A stretch of DNA of 63,920 nucleotides, the filler included, from Choristocarpus tenellus KU-1152 (lineage: Eukaryota; Protista; Phaeophyceae): NCBI GenBank assembly GCA_964200185.2. It is 9 parts of 9 records of this genome, joined end to end, with 100 filler letters (N's around TTAATTAATTAA, not from the genome) between each part and the next. Parts side by side here need not be neighbours in the genome. Positions count along the whole stretch, not along the records: positions 53,098 to 63,920 come from CAXNAD020002689.1; 8 more parts are not named here. One strand, written 5' to 3'. Below the pieces are notes generated by a model, which ran no database searches, was not told where the DNA came from, and saw only the letters and a list, made by a program, of their open reading frames with translations. Numbering within the stretch: position 1 is the stretch's first letter; each line of letters starts with the position of its first letter. Shown in pieces: positions 53,120-63,920 of this stretch. Position numbers and translations under genes: made by a program.

Positions 53120-53345
53120 GACCCAAGGGAGGGGGGGGGGGGGGGGGGTCTACACCAGAGTGCCTATTTGGACCAAAACCAGGAAAAGTGCACTTTCTTT
53201 ATCCATCCAACGTATGCAACCAAATCACCCAAGAATCGCGACATGAAAAAATTGACCCCAAATGGAGAGCCGCCACCCCTTCCCACATACTTTGAGCCAG
53301 GGTCAAAAACGGACGCTGGCACCCCCCCCCCAGATACTTTGACCC
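53120..53345 (+). mobile_element. MITE family B copy plus adjacent 46-bp mini element
   Basis: B copy 53120-53298 ends CACATACTTTGAGCC; 53300-53345 reads GGGTCAAAAAC...CCCCAGATACTTTGACCC. Partial B ends also at 2515, 15094-15175, 18964, 36643, 36800, 41041, 41159-41217 and 63900. Confidence 0.75.
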
Positions 53346-54804
53346 AGAAAGGGGAAATATCATTTTTGTGTGCACTCTTGTGTACATAGAGCAATGAGAC
53401 AGAGTTGATTCCACAGTAAGAAAGATAGCTTAGAATGCCAAAGGGTCCAAACTTGGCTACCACTCAATTTGTTCGACTCGGATGGGGGGCGGTTTTGACT
53501 ATTTGGAATATTATAATAACATTCTACCTGACACACCATTTCCATACCCCAAATGCGGCTATCCCCCACTAGGAGGCTGTGACTAGGGAAAAGAAGACCC
53601 TGTGTATGGATGCATTGTCCATGTATTGGGGGATGTAGGGATGTGATGGTGTAAAAAGAACGCCCAGCAGTGTATAGTATATCAGTGGTGATATCAGTGA
53701 GGATAAGAACACAGGTGGAGTAGAGAGCAGATGCCCAACGGGTTGTATGTACTTCAAAGCTACTACACACACAGTGACACAGTAGTCCAGCACCATGTTT
53801 AGCAAACAGAACTTCTGCCTCCCTATTTCTTTTCATCTTTGTGGCAAAAACACACAAGAATGGACATGTGTTCAAATGCACATTCTGGGTGTATAGCAGA
53901 GAAGTGGGTGTGATACTGGGCTGCTGCTTCTCACATATGACTTCAATATATCGTTGAAGTGCAGGAAGTCCTTTCCTCTCGTTCACACACCCAAGGGGGT
54001 ACTCCACAATATGTTTGCTACAATTGACTTCATCCAAAGGCCTTAAACATTGTGGCAACCCGAGGAACTATCTTGTTCATGGGGGCATATAAAGACAAAT
54101 GCCCCATATATTACTCAATATAATTTACACATATAGTTCTAGCCTGGAGTAGGATCTGGGCCCAGACCCTTCTCATTTCAATATAAGAAATGGGCAGTCC
54201 TGTCTCCAAACCTATTATAACCTCAAAAATGTGAGATAGTTTGCTGGGGGGAGTTGAACCTTTGACGTTGCTACTAGGGTGACCTCTGTAGCACTCTTAC
54301 ACAAAAAAGGTATGTCTAACGTCACCACGAATCTATTGCTTATTATGCCCACTAACAATAATTTTGGTACATGTGATAGGGAAGACAAGAAGCAACCATA
54401 TGAACATTTTGAATCAACACATGCAATCACACATACAAATTTCTCAGATAGAATGTGTAGTTTTGCGTTTGAAAGGTGGTCGATCACATTCATACGAGCT
54501 GAGTACGAAATATTCGGAAGTGACCCTCCTTGCATCTCACCACTAACCACCACTTGTACAGCATCCTGTCTTTGGTTGCCCCTCAAATCATAGTTACAAT
54601 ATGCCATCCATATTCCCATTGCCTTCACGCAAGTGTAGCATCCTCATTGCTTCACAGTGCTCCATCGATTACTCAACCCTCACAATCTAATACAAATGTA
54701 CGTATCAATCTCTGCTTCGATCAAGAATAGAGAAAATGGTAACCCAGTACAGTACAGTAACCCAGGGTTATTATGCCATCGAATTTCTATAATATCAGAG
54801 GCTA

Positions 54805-54905
54805 CACTGGACCTCCTTTGTTCTATATTATTGAAGAGGAGGACAAAGGCGATCCCACTGGACCTCCTTTGTTCTATATTACTGAAGAGGAGGACAAAGG
54901 CGATC
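54805..54905. repeat. 51-bp direct tandem duplication
   Basis: CACTGGACCTCCTTTGTTCTATATTAYTGAAGAGGAGGACAAAGGCGATC x2. Confidence 0.9.
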
Positions 54906-57900
54906 AGGTCACACACATAGTCATGTTGGCTATTTTGTTATTTAAGAAGTTTGTACCCTTGGCAAAGGTCCTGAGGAAGGTACCCGCCGACATAAAGCAT
55001 ACCATGGTACTACTGGATGCTCAAGTCGAGGGCTTCAGCTCAAGCAGGATTTGAAATCAGGGTACATCGGTGAAATATATATGAATCCATTTTGCGACAA
55101 TAGCTTCAACTTTAGTCCTCAAAGAGGACATGGCAACCAGCACATACAGAACAAACACCCTTATACATCAGTTGGCTAATTCTTTCAGCTCATGGAATGA
55201 GACAGATGAGGAGGATTATGAGTCTATCAAGAGGAGATATGAGGAGGAGGAGGTAACAGGACCATTCCCCTTGCCTGTCAACTTTCACCAAGTGGTGGCA
55301 GTTCTAGATCAAGAAGGTGAAGGAAAGGCGAGGAAAGTCTCTATTCTTGTATGTGCACAGCAATGGTGAAGCGGGCGGAAGAGGCAACTTCATAAACTAT
55401 TCATGAGAGCATGACCACCTTCCATTCATTTTTTTTTAAGGTCTTAAGTCATTGTATCTGTTAGTACTACATAGCGTATGTGCAAGGTAGAAGATAACGT
55501 ACACTGTCTCTGGTAGGGTTAGGGTTAGAGTTGTCAAACTAAGATGCATTCATTACAAATTTCGACACAAGAAGGATCCTCCTTCACACAACTATTGCTA
55601 CTATCAAAGTCCTGCATTTGTGTGTAGTAGTACAAATTTGGGTAGATTCTCATCCTGTGCTTGAAAGAGAAGTGCGAAGATGCACCCTTCATGGCCAGAA
55701 AGGCCAGAAACACACCTCCTCCTGTGACTACCAATTCTGCAAGAAAGAAGGGTATGGCTCTGAAACGGTGAAGACTGCCCTATGCAATCCAGCAAATATG
55801 TTCAAGTTTCTGCCATGAGTTACCACCTACAACTTGACTCTCCTTCCAATGCTAATCAGTGTGTAATGCGCTTTTGTCCCAAAGTCATGCCCTCCACCCA
55901 GACACCTGTCATACTTTGTCTATTCTTCCTTTTGACCTAGAGGTCTCCTCCCTCCCCTTTGAGCTACCTTTGTCCCTGCAGGAACACACACTTAACACAA
56001 CCAGATTATCTGCTTCATGTGCACTTGTATCTCCTAATTTCTTCACTTCAATGAAACTCCACTTCCAAGGTGTAATGGAAGGGGTCAAACCATGATCCCA
56101 TTGGTATGGTTAACACAGGTAGGGAGGAGGATTATGCAACCTTCTGTTAACATGGGACCTGTGAAGGGTAAAACTGGAAGGGGCAGACTCATTGTGGAAG
56201 TATCTTTGCATGCTTCACTGTCAAGCTTGAGTGAACTGGAATGATTTTTTGTCAGTGCAGGAGTACTTGGTGCTGAACATAACCTTCACTAGGGTTATGA
56301 TAGTACTAATACACTGCCTTCCAAACTCAACACCCAAGGTGCTCACAAAACCAAAACTTTATTTATTCTGGTAAAGTATTTTGAATTTACCTCAATACCA
56401 TCAATGCACTTCCTTTCCACACTGTCATATAACCCAACCTTACTTTTCCCCCAGGTTTTGGTGGCTGCACCTCTGTTTCCACTTATCCATGTTGATGCGT
56501 GTGCACCTCCTCTCTAGCCAGCCACTGATTTTCAAATTCCAACTGGAGTTGTTTATAGATGTGTGTATGCACTTTCACAACATTCCTTCCATCTCGCCGT
56601 TTGTATGTGTTTGAGAAGGAGTGAACTCTTTCTTGAAAAAGTAAAGCGTGAGGATGGCACAGCTTATTTTCAGTATTAATGTAGTCTAGAACAAAGGTGA
56701 ATATGATACCAATTTTGTACATTAAGCGTCATATTATGTAATTACATATAGATGTAGATGGATTTTTTTTGTTCACTATTCTTGTATAGTAGTTAGCTAC
56801 CTCCCTGGAGTCAAGCAGGAATAAAAAAATGATCTACTCTTAGCACTCAGTCCACCTACTACATAATGAGCCTTACATAATCACTTCCAATGCACGTAAG
56901 ACAGATTTGGACCCTATAGCCATCAGTCAAGGGTTCTTATTGCATTGATTGTAGGAAAAGGCAAGGGAGGGAATGAGATCTTCTTGGATGTGTTAAGGAT
57001 TGATTAAAAAGGTATGATGTTAAACTAAAACGTGAAAATCATGTTGTTCAAAACTAAGATAAGAGGTATGATGTTGCTATCATGAAGTCACGTCAAGCAA
57101 TAAAGGGGTAAATTGACACCCACAGGTTGTCGCTGCTGATGAATAGGAACACAATTGATGTTGTAAGAGAATAAAAGAGAATGACTTGCATGTTGAATAT
57201 TTGATATACCACTCTACCACCGGTGGTGCGTCCAGTTGTGTGAGGACTAGAAACAGTTACTGATCAATTCACGATCATTATTTGCTAGACAACTGGTTGC
57301 AGGGGGACACTCTTGCAATAATTGTATTAGCTACGGTCACAACCATGCTATTTCCTCTCCTTGAGGGTTTATACATGCTATGGGAAGGACTTCTCTCATG
57401 AGTTTTTTTGGCACACCTTCACATATCAAGGCATCTTAACCCTATTAACCAAACAAAAGAAAACCAACTTCAAAAAAGACCCAACTGTCTCAACCTTTAC
57501 AGATACAACACTTGTCACCAACATTAACCTATTATCGAACTAGGCATGGTGTGAGATACTGGGTTCTTTTGAGGGGTATGCATTGTGCAGATGCATTTTG
57601 CAGTACAACCATCCTGTGACATGATAGCACACTCCAAATGCTTTCAAAATCCCAGACCAGTGTCAACATAGCGAATGAATTCTAATGACCTTCCAGTACA
57701 TCAATTTCAAATCGGTTACCATTGTTCATTTCTATAATCTGCAGACACACTGGTCAATTCATTAACTGACAGTAGTATCTCTATGCAACAAACAAAGATA
57801 TGCCTGTTTCAAATACATATCATAATATACAACCAATGAGGGAAAGATAGGACCACATCTCAATACAATCAATCTAGTATTGGTTGTACTGAAAACAGTG

Positions 57901-58288
57901 CAAGTTCCTTGCTTATTCTCTCCTGTAGACGTCTCACACTATTATTACATGCGTAGATGTCCTTGACATCTAAGAGGTACTGTAGCACTGATATGCTAGG
58001 TATTAGAAGTATTGAGGTTGTCCTGTCGTTTGACTGAGTGCGCCCAATGCACCCAGGCTCTCCTGGTCCCCCCTGAAAACAAAGATTTCCAAGGGTATGA
58101 GGTGAGAGATTTCTGATTTGGTGTGCGTTGAACCTTTAATTTGGATGCCATCAAAGTGTATACCTCTGCTGGGCAGATCACATCTGTACAAAAATGCCAT
58201 TAAGGAAGTAGAACTATTCTCAATAGTAAGAGTATCAACTCCAATCAAGGGGCACTCAAAATGTCTCACCCACCTCGTTCCTCTCTTG

Positions 58289-59486
58289 TTACGCAGTTGC
58301 CTCCTGGTACATCTTGCAAAGGACTTCCCTATATTCCTTTTGATTGGACCAAAGTTGTGCTGCTTGAACGTTCAGCGGGCTGTCGTTGTTTGGATCTGGA
58401 AGGTGTGTGGGTGTAGAGGATTTTTCATTTTTCTTGCTTAAATCAAAGACAAGAAACACATCATTGACTATTCCAGATCACTTGACCTGGAGAATCAATA
58501 GGGACCCAGCTAATGGGATGATGCAATTCTGGAATAGAGAGTGGTTGGGCAGTACTCAAAGTTCTTGATAGGCGCGTAACAAAATAATTCCTGTGCCCTA
58601 TACAGAGAGCCAAAAGTTTGGCAATAATTTAGTGACAATCACATTTGTTTAGAAACGGCTCGTGCATCACTCTTGACTGGACTTGGGTTGTGACTTGAGT
58701 TGTTATGTCTGATCACGGATGGAGTTGTGTTCCGAAAGCTGTCGAAACCTTACGCCGTCTTCAATAAAATCGACCAACAATTTACCCTGAGTTAAGGTGA
58801 AGCAGGAAACCGCATGTTCCAAGCGTGTGGCTACATCTCACCTCCAAGGAGAGATCGAAGAGACTGGAGAATGGTGCGTACGCTAAAGGCAGACGACCAC
58901 TGATCCTTGAGTATATCGAGGCAGATGTTTCCATGTTCATCCACATTCGGGTGGAAGCAAGGCGTCTCAAAGGTAATCATTGGCGGCTTGTAAGGGTATG
59001 TCTCCGGGAACGCGAGCTTGAGTTTGTATGTGAGCCCCTCATACTGCATAGATCGAGAAAAGCAGATACGAGTGGGCAAGGGAAGAGTCAATTGAGTCCA
59101 GGCAACAAGCAACATTTTGGCGGCTTTATCGCACTATCTACTACCCACGGCACTAATCAAGCCAATAATCCTATATCCATCACACACCGGTGTGCCATCA
59201 CTGCCATCTACTGTCGCAGTCCACTCGAACAAGTTATCCTCATTCGGAAAAGCTGTGGTTCCCACATCACCCCCCATCATCATTTGCATGAGCTCCTGCT
59301 GAAGTCTGCCGAGAAGAGTGGGGTGTATTCAGTGAGTTTCGGTCAATTATTTCGGGGTTTGTGTCGAATAGAGCTTGGCATTCAACCAAATGATGCCACA
59401 AGCCACAACTCGTGGGGGCCTCTGATTAGCACAGAATCCGTCACTCACCTACGAGCAACATTTCCATCGCCAGAAGAGGAAGACAT
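58289..59486 (-). CDS. UBE2C: Ubiquitin-conjugating enzyme E2 C (UbcH10/UBC19-20 type, APC/C E2), complete
   Basis: Exons 59486-59449, 59305-59188, 59043-58842 and 58395-58289: [132 protein letters not shown] and catalytic Cys are intact. Confidence 0.95.
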
Positions 59487-59789
59487 GGCTAAAATGTACC
59501 TTCAGATGAGGAAAAAAGAGAACTTCAGCAAACCTTGACCTCAAAGAACGGCAGAGTATTAGGTAAAATTGTGTTGGAGATCTGTGTTTGCTGGGAAGGT
59601 GTGTACAAAAATGACCTAACTGTCAGTAATGGTAAGATCAGAGTATCTGAGAAACGCCTTCCTGGTATGACTAACGAATGCCTGAATAGGAAAGGCAAGA
59701 TGAAGATGGGGTATAGTGAGATATAGTGTGCATGCATTCTCTCGTTAGGAGTCTAACCAGGACTGGTTTGATCTGCACAAAGGGGCACC

Positions 59790-62700
59790 ATGATTATGAA
59801 CACGGCGCCTGGAGCCTTGCGGGCCGTGGTACGCACGAAATGGCCCCGTCAAGCTGCATTGCTGTCACATCCTCGATCTCCTCATCGTGGAGAGGTTGAA
59901 GCTGGAACAAACCTTGTCATTACGAGAGCTCTTCGAAAACACGCTCGCCCCTACGCAGGTTTACGTGCGGGACCATTGAGGTGAGCACATCAAGCTATAT
60001 TCTCTTTCGCCCACATTTCACGCTACGAACCACAACCTCATATCTTCCCTACCTCTGATACAGGGTACCTCGGGCGACCTTGCCAACAGTACTTGGCTTC
60101 ACAGCCCTGTTCAGCATGGGTGTTGTCCTGTCGGTTGATATGGAAGACGGAAAACTGAATAGCGTTGCTACAATGGAAGCAGGTCCAGCGCAACCCATAG
60201 CCGATTCTCTGAGTTCGATTGGGGAGGTTCCTTCTGGGCCTAATCCACCAGAGGGGCGGTACAGCTATGTCATTATCGGGGCTGGAACAACTGCCAACGC
60301 TGCTGTGGAGTCTATTTTACACCTGCAACCGCATGCTGACATCCTGCTGCTGAGCGATGAGGCGGTAAGCGAATTGATCAGTCGCAGTGGTGTGTCACAG
60401 GAAGTTGGAGAAATCAAGTCTGCGATGGAAGGTTATGGTCAGCTTTCTTAAGCATAGTACTTACTCGAAAAGGAAGGTTGAAAGATGTTGAGTCGCTCTA
60501 GTTTCTCGACCTCGAGTGTGTGTTACTAGAACAGTCGTCGCCATTTTTGCCTGCTCCTGCCTGCCACTATTTTTTGACCAGGTTCGTCTCGCATATTTGT
60601 AGGTTCAACGTCATGGTGTTGCCTACTTCCCCACCCTTTCCTTAAAGAGTCCGTGAAGATAATGGCTAGGCCATGGTACCCGCTCATTTCCTTTGCTTCA
60701 AAGGAATAAGTCGCACAAGCACTACATCTAGTTCAACTGCATAGAATACACCTCCACCCCCAAACCTTGTCGGTAAGCAGCCATCGACTCCTGGGGATTC
60801 CGGTGGCGAAAGCCATGACAGCGATTTTCACCTTCTTTCAGCCGATCTCCTGGATTCCTACAACCAGTGGCGACGACACATAAATGCACGACTGGAGGGC
60901 TATGTCACTGACCCACAATCAACTGGGGGAGGCGATGGTATCCGATATTATAAATATGAGGTAATATTATGGTGTCACCGAGTAATGCAACCTAGCACTC
61001 TGGTCTTAGTATCGCTTCTTCCCCATAGAATTTTATTTGAAGCTATAGTATTTCTGTGCTTTTGCGCTGAGCTCAACAACAATCTACAACTTTTCTGTGA
61101 ATTATGCAGGAGCAAAGATGCTGTTGGTGATGTTACCATGTTCTTGGTTGTGTGGTATTCCCTTTCGTGGCCTGTCCCTCCCTACAACTCCAGATGTGAG
61201 CTCGATTCAGCTACACTCTTTTTTTTAATGTGATATTTTTGCCTTGAAATACTACAACCTACTACTGTTAGCACCAAGACGATTTTTGTTTCGGTGATGC
61301 TTTCCCCCAACAGACTGGAGGTATACGCATTGATCCTGAGAGACGGGCAATTAGCTTGGACAATGGGGGGGAGGTATACTACAATAAGTGCCTCATTGCA
61401 ACCTCAGGTAATATCACTTTTGTGTCCATGAATGTAGGTGATTCATTGGCTTGTCTTTTCAGATACAGCACTAGTGTGTGTTTTGAAGTTGACTGTTATC
61501 CGTGGAGGTGTGTTAAGGACTTGGTTGGATGTTCTTCTCTGATGTGTTTTTGATCAATGGAAATAATGGCTACAATGGAATAATAAGACTCACTTTTTGT
61601 GCAGAGTAGTAGAGTGATACTTCAAACGAGTGAGTGACTTTTGGTTTTTGATTGATTTGGTTGATTTCATGTACCAGTTGAATGTAAGTGTTCCAGAGAG
61701 TTCTTACTGGTGAACATGCTTGTAGCTCTTGACCATGACTGTGGATGCCCCTCTATCTGATAACGTTTTTTTACCAATTTAGGGAAACCGCGCAAGTTCT
61801 ACGCAGCTTTGGATGCTGACAGAAGTGACATCAATAGTGATCTCAAAGACTGCATCAACAAACTTGTCTCTGTTAACGACTTTGGTGCCTTGGAGCGGCT
61901 CTTTGTGAGATATGATACGATACGATTCAATGTGATATGATACGATACAATACAATACGATACGGTATGATACGACATGATACGGTATGATATGATATGA
62001 TATATTCCATTGTGTGATGAGGTTTGCAGTGATGTGCTCTGTACTCAGAAGTGCTATGTTGTTGGGAGAGATGTTGCATGTAAACAATGCTGGTTCTAGC
62101 CATGTGAAGTGTGTTTTCATGTAGCTTGTAGGAGGGAGGTAGGTGGTTTGCTGCCTTGATTGCAAGACTGTGATGTCTTAGCGATGGAGTTCTGCTTTAT
62201 GATATGGTTTTTGATATGGTTTTTGATATGGTTTCTGATATGGTATTGCACTTTGTGGAGTTGATGAGTGACATCGATACCTGTATGCAGTACATTTAGG
62301 AGTGATTTCTCTGTGTTGCTTATAAAGTGCTGTTAATAGTATGATGCTACTTGATTGCAACATTGCAACTTCCTCCACTAACCTTACAACCGTTGGATGC
62401 TGCTCAACTGTTGCCAATGTGTTTTTGGGAGATGGTAGGTGGATGGAACCCCTGGCCATGTGACAGTGATTGGTGGTGGGTTTCTTGGGTCAGAGGTGGC
62501 GTTGGCAATGGCAAAGAGAGGAAGGGACAAAGGTCTGACTGTTGCGCAGGTGATTCCTGGATTTTTCTAACTTACGATTTGCACTGAGTAACCCTAACCC
62601 TAAGACGTTAAGGAATCGAACTCTTGTCTCTAAAACTGAGATTGTTGTAGGGGAGGGTGCTTTGCCCTCCTATCATTGGACTGAAGTGCATAACATTATC

Positions 62701-63443
62701 TACTCCTAGAGTATGCCTTAAAGCACAAGGGTGAGTGGTGCACTTATTAGTAAATCCATCTCATTTGTTACATTGTCATCTCATCTCTATCCATGGGTTG
62801 ATGCCCCACGTTGTCTGTACTGTGTTCACTTTGTCTGTACAGTGTGCTTCCTGTGTGTGTGTTCTACATCCTTCCCTATTTAGAGTCCTTTAATATGCTT
62901 TAATGTTGATCAGTCTTCCTTGCTTTGGTAGATACCAACACAACATGGTCATCCCTAACCCTAACCACAGTCAGGGTCAAATTAAAATAAAATTAACTAA
63001 CCGAGAGGGGTATGCGACTGATTTTTCAAGGGTCTGTCGGACACTCCGGCAGTGCACTTTTTTGGAGCACTCAGTCCACACTTGTGGAAGACATTGTTGT
63101 ATAACATTGTTGTTTAACATTGTTGCTATTTTTGTGTTGTACATTTGGTTTGCAAGAGCAAGCTTATCCTTGTTGCTGCCCCTTTTTTTGAATATCCCAA
63201 TTTCCTTCTAAAAAATGGAGCCAAACAAAACCCTAACCCTAGAACTCAAAACCGCCAAAATGCCTTCACCTTCCCCTTCCCCTTCCCCTTCCCCTTCTCC
63301 TGACACTTCCACCCTCAACAGGTGTATGCGGAGAAGGGTCCTATGCAACGCCTCCTTCCTCCATACCTTGTGGTGTATATGAAGAAGTGCCTGCAGGAGG
63401 CAGGGGTCACTCCAGTTGGGGAGAGGCTTGTCACAGAACTCAG
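59790..63443 (+). CDS. Apoptosis-inducing factor (AIFM1)-like FAD/NAD(H) oxidoreductase, 5' part, likely mitochondrial
   Basis: Exons 59790-59980, 60064-60364, 60781-60960, 61314-61407, 61783-61904, 62439-62549 and 63322-63443. Motifs YVIIGAGTTA, YNKCLIATSGKPR, VTVIGGGFLGSEVA, VYAEKGPMQRLLPPYL. Arg-rich N-terminus followed by a hydrophobic segment. Confidence 0.88.
61909..62004. repeat. (GATAY)n pentanucleotide microsatellite
   Basis: GATATGATACGATACG... array. Other simple repeats: (TA)n 2290-2320, poly-G 4523-4557, (CA)n 5286-5311, (AG)n 46412-46440, poly-C 52947-52997, 12-mer 62197-62243, (CCCTTC)n 63263-63300. Confidence 0.9.
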
Positions 63444-63920
63444 GTGTGTTTGCACTACTGGATGGTGGTGGTCTTGTTGGTTTGTCATGCTTTGGTCGGT
63501 GTCACAAACACTTTCTTCAATTTGGTCAATTTTGGTCAATTTCTTCAATTGGTTAATTTGGGTAATGCAGTCTCACACTATGTAAATATTGATTGATTTG
63601 AGGTTTTCATATATACACTGTTGGTGTTGGCATTGATTTTGTACTCTTGGGGCTTGCCTGAACTGAAAGACTGAAAGTGGTCAGGCTCTTTCTCGAGGAA
63701 AGTAATCAACCTATGCAATCTATGCAATCTATGCAATCGCGTGATGTTACTGAGTGAAGATAGTGCCAGCAGTCAACTGTGTTACAGTGTCTACAAGGCC
63801 TCAGTCTTTATGCTGTATGGAGGGAACTAGCACGACTACTTTGAGCAAAGAGTGAATCTTTGATTCATTTTATTACAGATCTGTAAAGTCTTGAGTGGAG
63901 GATCAAAGTATCTGGGGGGG

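Noticed and set aside
58825-59538. 237-aa plus-strand ORF
   Set aside because: Antisense to UBE2C exons and introns; no family features.

Overview
Eukaryotic, intron-rich nuclear DNA, most likely a photosynthetic stramenopile (ochrophyte, brown-alga-like). This is inferred from an AAA-F bipartite plastid presequence, a plant/algal-type LeuC and TTAGGG repeats. The window is nine contigs joined by artificial 100-nt N/TTAATTAATTAA spacers, so adjacency across gaps is unproven. Spliced genes reconstructed by hand: isopropylmalate dehydratase large subunit (partial), an ARM-repeat protein, a coiled-coil protein, a large PDZ-domain protein, a plastid-targeted flavin-reductase-like NAD(P)H-binding protein, a complete UBE2C-type E2, and an AIF-like oxidoreductase (partial). 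Mobile DNA: a decayed Ty1/Copia element (LTRs, PBS, gag, protease), an IS630/Tc1-type DDE fragment, a long foldback, and a decayed Sola2-like transposase. The most interesting system is two to three MITE families sharing a CAAAGTATCT terminal core, with mixed 3/4-bp target-site duplications and a candidate Sola2-like mobiliser. Short TTAGGG tracts are pervasive, and one lies inside a MITE terminal repeat.
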